IMG/VR virus record: IMGVR_UViG_3300031965_000073
Coordinates: 1 to 40,786 of that record
Strand: one strand, 5' to 3'
DNA: 40,786 nucleotides
Origin: a virus
Shown here: positions 33,916 to 40,443 of the stretch, piece by piece
Position numbering within the stretch: the stretch's first letter is position 1
Layout: the number at the start of each line of letters is the position of its first letter
Made by a program: the position numbers and the translations under genes
The notes under the pieces: generated by a model
The model's database searches: none
What the model was told of the DNA's origin: nothing
The model's input: only the letters and a program-made list of their open reading frames with translations

Positions 33916-34259
33916 TGGACTAGAAGGGAATTGAACCCTTGTCCGGTAATGGTCTTCAACGATTTCTACGAGATATATGCGAGAGTTTCAGTGCCGCCCA
34001 CTGTTCGGGTAATCTCCACGATCACCGAATGCTTCAAACCTATCTCCACCAGTGGCCCTTTATATAACAACAAGCAAAGCGACGACCACGAACCTATTTG
34101 CTTGCCGACCTTACGCGTATTGTGGTTCCTGTAGGAACGCTGCGTATGGTGATGGTATAGAAGTTTTTGCAACTATGCCTTGCCACTCTTTTAAGAATGT
34201 GTGGCCGTTTCTATCTCGCCTCGTATCGAACGGTATCACCGTCGAAGCCTGACTAGCCC
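33916..34259 (-). ncRNA. ssrA: Full-length one-piece tmRNA (344 nt, CCA not encoded)
   Basis: The 5' end is GGGCTAGTCAGGCTTCGACGG and the 3' end is CCGGACAAGGGTTCAATTCCCTTCTAGTCCA. The acceptor stem GGGCTAG/CTAGTCC carries a G3:U70 pair. The T arm is AAGGG-TTCAATT-CCCTT. A tag ORF begins at nt 90. Confidence 0.85.
34111..34170 (-). other. tmRNA tag reading frame: AKTSIPSPYAAFLQEPQYA followed by a stop
   Basis: ATAGTT-GCA AAA ACT TCT ATA CCA TCA CCA TAC GCA GCG TTC CTA CAG GAA CCA CAA TAC GCG TAA. The GCA resume codon sits at the same distance from the 5' end (nt 90) as in E. coli tmRNA. Confidence 0.6.
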
Positions 34260-34349
34260 TTGTGCCGGTTAATCACCGGCCTACCTACCTCCCACCGCTT
34301 TCAAGTATGCACTATACGCTAGGTAGCGACAAGTACAGTTACCCACTGC

Positions 34350-34625
34350 TTACATTCTGTCACCCTCACTTTTTGCTTTGAGGTTTGAACGATGCTGACC
34401 ATTCACCTCTACAAGAAACTCACCCACCATCGTCATGAAGTCACTGTCATAGAGCGAGCCATCTGTAGGGTAAAAACAATATTTCCTGAAACCACCATAC
34501 CACTGAATGTAGCCACAAAGAGCACTATGTTTCACGTCGAACACTTCCCACACCCGCGTCCTTCCTGTCTTCGATACGCCGTGAGGTCGAATCTTTATAT
34601 ATTCCTCAACAGTTTTCTTGCTCAT
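34350..34625 (-). CDS. Hypothetical protein (91 aa)
   Basis: ATG start, overlapping the upstream gene stop by 4 nt. Confidence 0.6.
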   Translation of the reverse strand: MSKKTVEEYIKIRPHGVSKTGRTRVWEVFDVKHSALCGYIQWYGGFRKYCFYPTDGSLYDSDFMTMVGEFLVEVNGQHRSNLKAKSEGDRM

Positions 34626-34810
34626 GTTGTAGGAACTATCCTAATCCATATGCCTTCTTCAACAGCGACCTCATGACCTGTTTCACGAGTATGCTTGTGC
34701 GCCGCCGGTATCGCTGCTGTCATGCCTTCCTCAATCCAGTCACACTTTGTACAGTGAGCGATGCAATGAATCCTCCCACCCCTCACCTTCTTTGAGTGAA
34801 ACTTAATCAT
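34622..34810 (-). CDS. Small Cys/His-rich protein (62 aa)
   Basis: HCIAHCTKCDW...HKH..ETGH is a possible Zn site. There is an ATGA overlap with the upstream gene. Confidence 0.55.
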   Translation of the reverse strand: MIKFHSKKVRGGRIHCIAHCTKCDWIEEGMTAAIPAAHKHTRETGHEVAVEEGIWIRIVPTT

Positions 34811-34974
34811 GATATTTTCTTGCCATCGGCATCAACTCTGTCGGCATTCAGTACTTCGACTCCGAGTACATTGCCATCTTTATCGAGATCAACCATCACT
34901 CCCATTGCAACCGAACGTGTCTGCACCACCTTTTCACCCTTCTTTGCACCATTCATGTATACATAAATATCCAT
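34807..34974 (-). CDS. DUF2283-like small protein (55 aa)
   Basis: Translated by hand: MDIYVYMNGAKKGEKVVQTRSVAMGVMVDLDKDGNVLGVEVLNADRVDADGKKIS. The VDLDKDG.V.G.E.L.A pattern is characteristic of DUF2283. Confidence 0.5.
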   Translation of the reverse strand: MDIYVYMNGAKKGEKVVQTRSVAMGVMVDLDKDGNVLGVEVLNADRVDADGKKIS

Positions 34975-34977
34975 ATT

Positions 34978-35385
34978 CTAAGCCGTTACTTGTAGCTTTG
35001 CCGCTGCGAATGAGATGCAATTCCCATACATCGGCCCTGATAATGTCGCGGCGATTCTATGCGCCTGAACCGCCAATTTATTCCTGTCCTTCATTGTTCC
35101 ACGCAAGAAGTTGTACTGCACCCGATACGCCTCGATTTCCTGTGAGAGTCGGAACTTCTCATCTACGAGATACCGCTGCCACCACGCATCCGAGCCGCCT
35201 TCATACGCTGTCTGCTGTTTCACGTGAACCAATTCATGCTCCAAAAGGTCTGCAGTAAGGGCATATTTCGTATGAATCTTATTACCTACCGTCACCACCA
35301 CATCATCAAAGCTCACTCCGAACTGCTCAATGAGTGTCGGCATGATTGCCGGTTCCTCTGAGGTAAGCACGTAGTCGGGTTTCAT
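34978..35385 (-). CDS. HExxH zinc-metallopeptidase-like protein (DUF4157-like)
   Basis: LLEHELVHVKQQ matches the LLaHEL.HV.QQ signature of DUF4157. Confidence 0.55.
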   Translation of the reverse strand: MKPDYVLTSEEPAIMPTLIEQFGVSFDDVVVTVGNKIHTKYALTADLLEHELVHVKQQTAYEGGSDAWWQRYLVDEKFRLSQEIEAYRVQYNFLRGTMKDRNKLAVQAHRIAATLSGPMYGNCISFAAAKLQVTA

Positions 35386-35624
35386 AACAAAATATAGAAC
35401 TTGTAAATATCTCTTTCCTTCAAAGTGTGAGTTATCTTGCCCCTGCTATCACTCTGAAAATGCACCATGAATGAGTTGTTTTTCTTCGTGGCAAAGACCT
35501 CCATGGTGCGGCCTGTGTCCCGTTTCTTCCATCGCTGCCCCTTGCGAATAGGCCCGAAAAGCATCTTGCCCTCATGCCAGTTTATCGGCACTCGCTCCTC
35601 ACTGATGAAGTTTCCTGACGTCAT
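35382..35624 (-). CDS. Hypothetical protein (80 aa)
   Basis: ATG start with a 4-nt overlap with the next gene. Confidence 0.55.
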   Translation of the reverse strand: MTSGNFISEERVPINWHEGKMLFGPIRKGQRWKKRDTGRTMEVFATKKNNSFMVHFQSDSRGKITHTLKERDIYKFYILL

Positions 35625-35871
35625 GGGTTATAGAATCCTCATCAATCTCGAATCCACAGTGGCAATGTTCCGCGTGAAACAATTCGATTTCACCCGTTGC
35701 ATTCCACAATTTGAATCCCTGAATAAACTGCCACCAGTGCAAATCCGCAAGCCTGTAATACAGTTCTGCCAATATCGCCTGTACATCGAAGTCATGGTGC
35801 TCACGCTTCCTTAGCAACTTCTCCTGTTCCAAGAGAGCGCGGTAGTACGTCTTTCCCTTTATTTTTTTCAT
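35599..35871 (-). CDS. Hypothetical protein (90 aa)
   Basis: ATG start. It overlaps the upstream ORF by 71 nt and has no alternative internal start. Confidence 0.5.
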   Translation of the reverse strand: MKKIKGKTYYRALLEQEKLLRKREHHDFDVQAILAELYYRLADLHWWQFIQGFKLWNATGEIELFHAEHCHCGFEIDEDSITHDVRKLHQ

Positions 35872-36064
35872 TGTTTTTAATGATTATTTCCTCGACTTTC
35901 CCATCACCGATTTTCTGAATCGCTGCCTCTGCCTCCTCACGTGTCTCAAAGACCGCGAACGCAATCGGTGAATCATTCTTCTCCATCTTCACTTTAGTGA
36001 GTGCAAGGCGCTCACCATTTGCGATTTCATGCACCACTGCAAAGCATTTTCGATATATTCTCAT
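35801..36064 (-). CDS. Hypothetical protein (87 aa)
   Basis: The ATG start lies 3 nt after the methyltransferase stop. Confidence 0.5.
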   Translation of the reverse strand: MRIYRKCFAVVHEIANGERLALTKVKMEKNDSPIAFAVFETREEAEAAIQKIGDGKVEEIIIKNNEKNKGKDVLPRSLGTGEVAKEA

Positions 36065-36067
36065 AAG

Positions 36068-36805
36068 TTATTTTTTACAATACAACGTCTTGCATGGCGG
36101 AAACCAAGATGCGGGCCACGATGCTGTACCGGCGTAATCGTTCGGCGGCATGACGTCCTTAAAGGCATCTTTCAGTTGATACAGCACCTTTCGGAACCGT
36201 TCTAAATCAGGGTCTACATCGAAGCTCCACTCGAAAGTAAGTTTGTTGATGCGATCTAGGATAGCCCGATTTGAGGCAATTTGCTCCAAGATAGGCATTT
36301 CCGTACCCTCTATGTCCATTTTGATGTTCAGTGGCCCTACCACTGCGCCTAGGGCATCCAGTACGTTCACACACGGTACTGTGGTGCTCTGCCCGCCTTG
36401 CCATGGCCGTTCGATGCTATTGCGCCATACATTGCCGTGAGCCGTGTTCTGATGCAGTGTCGCGGTCTTGCGCTCATCTGCCACTACTGCCGCCTTGTGT
36501 AGCTCGTAGCGACTGTGGTCATGCATACGCATGTTCAGGCTCAATACCTCGAAGTTTTCAGGGTCAGGCTCGTATGCAATCACTTTCGCTGCGCCCTTAT
36601 GCACCGCCCACGAACTGAACCCGCCCACATTTGCCCCAAAGTCAAACCATGTCTCACCGGCCTCCACAGTGAAACGTACAGGCCGGAATCGCTCATACCC
36701 TTTATCGACCACCACTTCATCAATACTTTTCTTGTCGCTCGTGCCTTCGCGAATGAAGAATGTGATGTCCTTCACGCGGTACTCCTTCAAGTTATTTTGG
36801 CTCAT
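36068..36805 (-). CDS. FkbM-family SAM-dependent methyltransferase
   Basis: WFDFGANVGGFSSWAVHKGAAKVIAYEPDPENF is the SAM-binding motif of the FkbM type. LNIKMDIEGTEMPILE matches the conserved ...K.D.EG.E..+L block. Confidence 0.75.
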   Translation of the reverse strand: MSQNNLKEYRVKDITFFIREGTSDKKSIDEVVVDKGYERFRPVRFTVEAGETWFDFGANVGGFSSWAVHKGAAKVIAYEPDPENFEVLSLNMRMHDHSRYELHKAAVVADERKTATLHQNTAHGNVWRNSIERPWQGGQSTTVPCVNVLDALGAVVGPLNIKMDIEGTEMPILEQIASNRAILDRINKLTFEWSFDVDPDLERFRKVLYQLKDAFKDVMPPNDYAGTASWPASWFPPCKTLYCKK

Positions 36806-37613
36806 TTGATTTCACGCGCTTTCGCTCGCGCTGCGTTTTAATGTTTCTAATACGAGCAATCTCATCATCGACGGTAAGACACTCCCACATGCCACGTAGC
36901 GAGTAGAACACTGCCGTGAACCGATACCCCTCATCGGAAAGCAACTTGAATGGTGTCACTCCATGCAAAATCTCTTGCCCGTCGAAAAGCAAAATCGAAT
37001 TGTCGGCAATCTCTAGCCCCATATCGTACTCCGGTAAGGAAAGATGCCCGCCCTCACAGTCGTGTTTGAAAGCGACCATGCATGAGAACACCTTCTTGAA
37101 GTTACCGGTATCGAAGTGATATTTGAGTGGATTGTTTTTGTTGATGATGCCGGAAGTGAATGGCGTGTTTGGAATCACCCACTGATCTTCTTTCATGTTT
37201 TCGCGCAATGTCTCACTGTGCTTTTGAAAGACCTCCGGTGCGCGTTGCAAGTAAATGCCCGCAATCTTTTGACCGAGTTCCACGATAGCAGCATGTGCCT
37301 CAGGGTCTTCGGTAGAAAGTGATGTCGCACTGCAGAAGTCCTTACGCATTGTTACCCGCGGCGCAAAGCCAAAGATGCGCGAAACTGTTTTCAGGCCCGC
37401 GGTGCGCTCTGTCTTCTGATACTTGATTTTCTTGAATGCCTCTTTGTACGGTGTAGTATCAAACGGCAAGTGGTCATACACCACCTTCACTTCACCATCG
37501 TGCATCAGTGTCACAGGGTCTTTCACGAGCGTCGTGAAGTCACTCACATTTGCACCGCGCAACTTGTAATCCTTATAGTCAAGTTCGCGTAGTTTAGCTT
37601 CGATTATTTTCAT
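36792..37613 (-). CDS. 2OG-Fe(II) dioxygenase of TET/JBP-like type
   Basis: HxDxxN appears in PLKYHFDTGNF. GGHLSLPEYDMGLEIADNSILLFDGQEILHGVTP supplies the distal His, and RFTAVFYS the 2OG-binding Arg. The spacing parallels the Naegleria Tet PHKDNLD...GYLEL...GDVLFFKGNEYKHVV...RIGLVYF. The track start at 37622 is GTG and the first ATG is at 37613. Confidence 0.6.
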   Translation of the reverse strand: MKIIEAKLRELDYKDYKLRGANVSDFTTLVKDPVTLMHDGEVKVVYDHLPFDTTPYKEAFKKIKYQKTERTAGLKTVSRIFGFAPRVTMRKDFCSATSLSTEDPEAHAAIVELGQKIAGIYLQRAPEVFQKHSETLRENMKEDQWVIPNTPFTSGIINKNNPLKYHFDTGNFKKVFSCMVAFKHDCEGGHLSLPEYDMGLEIADNSILLFDGQEILHGVTPFKLLSDEGYRFTAVFYSLRGMWECLTVDDEIARIRNIKTQRERKRVKSNEPK

Positions 37614-38361
37614 AGTATTCACGTAGTTTAATGACGGCCTCTGTGTTGCTTTCTACTCCATGCTCCTCCATCACAGTCGCCAAAAACTCGAGCATATCTT
37701 CGTACTCAGCCGTCGGGAAGTACAGCACGATTTGCTTGATGCTTGCGTTGTCGTAAATCTCTTTCGCATCCTTCACCCGATTGCGATCTACCTCCTCACC
37801 TTTTTGTGGCCCGCGAGCGCGCACATCTGCCATATCGTAGCGCTCAATGAGTGTTTCCAAGCCGGTAGAGTATGCTGTCTCGACGTTGTACATGCCTAAA
37901 TCGAGGCCACCGATAGAGCGTAGGTCACTCACGAGTGCATCTTCCACATAGAAACCGGCGCGGTCATTGTGTGAAAGTGCATACGACATCATGCCCGCTT
38001 CCTTCGATTCGTAGGTGACGGTCTTCCACTTCTTTGTCTCAGGGTCGAGCATTTTCTGCAATTCCCCATTGAGGTAGACAGTCCATACTCCATCATTTTC
38101 TTTGAACTCAACAAGCGATACCCACACTTTTTTGAATGTCTCGTACCCCTCTGCAATAAGCTCATGCATAATCAGCAATCGCATGTTGCCTCCGAGCACC
38201 ACTTTGAAACCATCGTCGTGTGTAATCAAAAGCGGGGTATGCTGTCCGAGCTTCCGCATTTGCTCCTTCAAACGGTCTTTCCCTTTATCGTCAATCGAGC
38301 GCGGGTTCTTTTTCCAAGATACCAAGTCGCCGATTGATTCTGTGACACGCTCTGCTGACAT
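37594..38361 (-). CDS. ParB/Srx N-terminal-domain protein with a C-terminal domain of unknown function
   Basis: DLVSWKKNPRSIDDKGKDRLKEQMRKLGQHTPLLITHDDGFKVVLGGNMRL fits the ParB-like nuclease-domain pattern (NPR...L..S....G...P+.....++.G..R). Confidence 0.65.
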   Translation of the reverse strand: MSAERVTESIGDLVSWKKNPRSIDDKGKDRLKEQMRKLGQHTPLLITHDDGFKVVLGGNMRLLIMHELIAEGYETFKKVWVSLVEFKENDGVWTVYLNGELQKMLDPETKKWKTVTYESKEAGMMSYALSHNDRAGFYVEDALVSDLRSIGGLDLGMYNVETAYSTGLETLIERYDMADVRARGPQKGEEVDRNRVKDAKEIYDNASIKQIVLYFPTAEYEDMLEFLATVMEEHGVESNTEAVIKLREYYENNRS

Positions 38362-38362
38362 A

Positions 38363-38791
38363 TTACGATTTCTTACCTACCGGCACTCGCTGCCCGCCTC
38401 CGAGGTCTGCACCACCCATATCAGGGAACACTTCAAGTGGTTCGGTGAGTGCTTCCGCATTCCAGTTTTCTTCAATCGTACCGGCCTTTGCCATGGCAAT
38501 AAGGTTCTCGATGTGTCGCATGTTATCGACTGCATTGCGAACTTCTTCCATAGAATCCTTCACGAGTTTCGTGATAGTGATTTGCTCCTTCGCACCGGTT
38601 TGTGGATTCGTACCATCAATGACGCGCTGCGGTGTTTCCTTCCGGCGCTGCTTCCAGAGATTCAAGTTGATGGTAATGCGCGAAACATAGTCACGCTGCT
38701 GATTCAGGCGACGGGTGAGCAATTCTATAAAGCTCATTTCCGTTACCGGATATTCGAATATCTCTGCTCGTTGTTGTGGCTGTGGGAACAT
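38363..38791 (-). CDS. Hypothetical protein (142 aa)
   Basis: The track start at 38836 is TTG. The ATG at 38791 (MFPQPQQRAEIF...) follows the upstream stop by 4 nt. Confidence 0.55.
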   Translation of the reverse strand: MFPQPQQRAEIFEYPVTEMSFIELLTRRLNQQRDYVSRITINLNLWKQRRKETPQRVIDGTNPQTGAKEQITITKLVKDSMEEVRNAVDNMRHIENLIAMAKAGTIEENWNAEALTEPLEVFPDMGGADLGGGQRVPVGKKS

Positions 38792-38795
38792 ATAT

Positions 38796-39116
38796 TTATT
38801 TTTTAGTTGTAAACTTTCTTTTCTTCGGGTACGCAATCATGCCAATGTCACGATTGTCTTCATCCTTCAAACCTTTGTGCGGTATACCTTTTACGTGATT
38901 GCGATAGTGTGGCTTCTTCACGATGATATTTTTATATCCTACGTGAATCTTTTCTGCCATCCCTTCCTTAATCACTCCGGTGTTTTTGAATAACTCTTTG
39001 CGCTCCACGAACTTGTCTGTAGGTACATTGTTGTTGATGTTCCTCCGGCGCTCGTAGTCCTTCCGCATCCGCTTCGCTTTCGCCATCTTCTTTCTCCTCA
39101 GTACTTGATTGAGCAT
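38796..39116 (-). CDS. Highly basic hypothetical protein (106 aa)
   Basis: ATG start. The protein is Lys/Arg-rich throughout. Confidence 0.5.
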   Translation of the reverse strand: MLNQVLRRKKMAKAKRMRKDYERRRNINNNVPTDKFVERKELFKNTGVIKEGMAEKIHVGYKNIIVKKPHYRNHVKGIPHKGLKDEDNRDIGMIAYPKKRKFTTKK

Positions 39117-39123
39117 TGCAATT

Positions 39124-39378
39124 TCATTTTAAATAACTTTTAAGATTCACCAACCCATTGAGTACCACTTCACAATCGTTTTGCGTCATGCGAGTGAAGT
39201 GTGAGAGCAATATGAGAACCGTCTTGTGTTTCAATCGACTGTTCTCAAGTGCCTTCATCGCGGCATTCAATTTTTCGATGCCCTCGACAATCTCCGACAC
39301 TGTCATGACGAGGTCTTCGGTAAACTCATCCCCTTTCTTCAACACAATTTTATCATCACCTTTTTTCTTTTTCCCCAT
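39124..39378 (-). CDS. Hypothetical protein (84 aa)
   Basis: The ATG start lies 1 nt after the upstream stop. Confidence 0.55.
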   Translation of the reverse strand: MGKKKKGDDKIVLKKGDEFTEDLVMTVSEIVEGIEKLNAAMKALENSRLKHKTVLILLSHFTRMTQNDCEVVLNGLVNLKSYLK

Positions 39379-39379
39379 G

Positions 39380-39616
39380 TTACCAGTTTGCTATCCGATA
39401 ATTGTCTGCGTCTCGAAACTGCCCGCTGATCGCAACGATAAGGTCAATGAGCGCCCATATGCCACTCACAATCGCACCGATGATGGTGCATGTGAGAATG
39501 AGCATGACAATGCCGCTGCCGACCTTCCCTACATAGAACCGGTGAACTCCGAACCCACCGAGAAACAATGCAAGCAATGTAGTGGCGAGTCGAGATTTAC
39601 TTGATGTTCTTTCCAT
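39380..39616 (-). CDS. TM2-domain membrane protein
   Basis: TTLLALFLGGFGVHRFYVGKVGSGIVMLIL...GIWALIDLI is the TM2 domain signature. Confidence 0.7.
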   Translation of the reverse strand: MERTSSKSRLATTLLALFLGGFGVHRFYVGKVGSGIVMLILTCTIIGAIVSGIWALIDLIVAISGQFRDADNYRIANW

Positions 39617-39618
39617 AA

Positions 39619-39795
39619 CTATTCAACGTCGATTGATGCTAGTAATCCCACATGAGTGATGCCCTTGTCATTCACCGGTACATCCTTCGTGTGGTTTTGC
39701 GCTTTCTTTAGTGCCTCCTCAAAGGTGAGGGCCACTACCGTGAAGCTATGCTCATTTGCGAGCGTGACACGGTATAGATTCTTTGATGGTGTCAT
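39619..39795 (-). CDS. Small hypothetical protein (58 aa)
   Basis: Translated by hand: MTPSKNLYRVTLANEHSFTVVALTFEEALKKAQNHTKDVPVNDKGITHVGLLASIDVE. It has an ATGA overlap with the upstream gene and ends 2 nt before the TM2 gene start. Confidence 0.45.
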   Translation of the reverse strand: MTPSKNLYRVTLANEHSFTVVALTFEEALKKAQNHTKDVPVNDKGITHVGLLASIDVE

Positions 39796-40199
39796 AATGT
39801 AATTGTTACTTCTACTCCCACAAACTCACCGCCATCTTTGAAGTCGAATGAGCCTGCGAGATACTTGTCCTGTTTGAATAATGCATCTGCGATTGAACCG
39901 AATATATTTTCAGGGTCGCCGTGGTTTCCGCTTCCCCAATGTATCAATAAGTCCATACGCATCGGTCTTTCTTTCTTCGTGCTGAATGGTTTACCGGTCA
40001 GTCCGATGTTCCTTAAAATCATCGGCCATGCTTCTGTGTTTCGTGCGGTGTCGATAAGTGTTGCTATCACGTACTCTTTCCAACTCACGTAGCGTTTCGC
40101 CTCCGGTGTCCACTGCTGACCTTTTGTTTTTTTCAGCTTCGGCAAAGGATTTCCGTCTATGGAACTGTGATTGCCGCGAATCAGGAAATGCAAGCTCAT
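39792..40199 (-). CDS. rusA: RusA-like Holliday junction resolvase. The ORF is open up to the ATG at 40331; the ATG at 40199 gives a typical 135-aa RusA.
   Basis: MSLHFLIRGN...PLPKLKKTKGQQWTPEAKRYVSWKEYV...RMDLLIHW...GDPENIFGSIADALFKQDKYL follows the RusA pattern (basic loop, then D.DN..K...DAL). Confidence 0.5.
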   Translation of the reverse strand: MSLHFLIRGNHSSIDGNPLPKLKKTKGQQWTPEAKRYVSWKEYVIATLIDTARNTEAWPMILRNIGLTGKPFSTKKERPMRMDLLIHWGSGNHGDPENIFGSIADALFKQDKYLAGSFDFKDGGEFVGVEVTITL

Positions 40200-40443
40200 G
40201 TGTTCGCCGTTTGAATGCTTCAAAAGCCCCATCGGTATCGGGTATCCAGTTTTCGGGATTTCTTTTGAGTTTTCGGAAACAGTTTTCATTGAGACAATCG
40301 TTGATTCTACAATGCGTTTTAGTCGGTTCATGGTAGCCGTCGTTGTTTATGCGTATGAGTATACGGCCCTGCTCACCACATGCGAAGCAATACTCAGTGA
40401 GCATCAGTTCGCCGTCCTCAGTTCGTCGCGCCGGTTTCCTCAT
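39991..40443 (-). CDS. Cys-rich ORF whose 3' half overlaps the RusA-like gene out of frame. Only the N-terminal ~80 codons look protein-like.
   Basis: ATG at 40443: MRKPARRTEDGELMLTEYCFACGEQGRILIRINNDGYHEPTKTHCRINDCLNENCFRKLKR... Beyond about 40200 the sequence becomes Arg-rich and looks like out-of-frame translation. Confidence 0.4.
   Translation of the reverse strand: MRKPARRTEDGELMLTEYCFACGEQGRILIRINNDGYHEPTKTHCRINDCLNENCFRKLKRNPENWIPDTDGAFEAFKRRTHELAFPDSRQSQFHRRKSFAEAEKNKRSAVDTGGETLRELERVRDSNTYRHRTKHRSMADDFKEHRTDR

Noticed and set aside
33913-34252. Track ORFs 33913..34134 (+), 33966..34172 (-) and 34052..34252 (+)
   Set aside because: All three lie inside the tmRNA gene. The RNA features (acceptor pairing, T arm, resume-codon context) explain the region better than 66-73-aa ORFs without plausible starts.
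33916-34259. tmRNA interpreted as an attP fragment or a piece of host chromosome
   Set aside because: Both the 5' and 3' halves are present and pair with each other, so this is a whole gene. No integrase or excisionase is recognisable, and the flanks are phage genes on a closed circle. Chimerism cannot be excluded without reads.
34809-35258. 149-aa plus-strand ORF
   Set aside because: It is antisense to two well-supported minus-strand genes (the DUF2283-like and HExxH genes). It has a Pro/Ser/His-rich low-complexity translation and no operon context.
35863-35870. A7 run (GAA AAA AAT) near the 35801..36064 / 35599..35871 overlap, considered as a -1 frameshift site joining the two ORFs
   Set aside because: The downstream ORF is in the +1 frame relative to the upstream ORF, not the -1 frame. 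A canonical -1 slip would therefore not fuse them.
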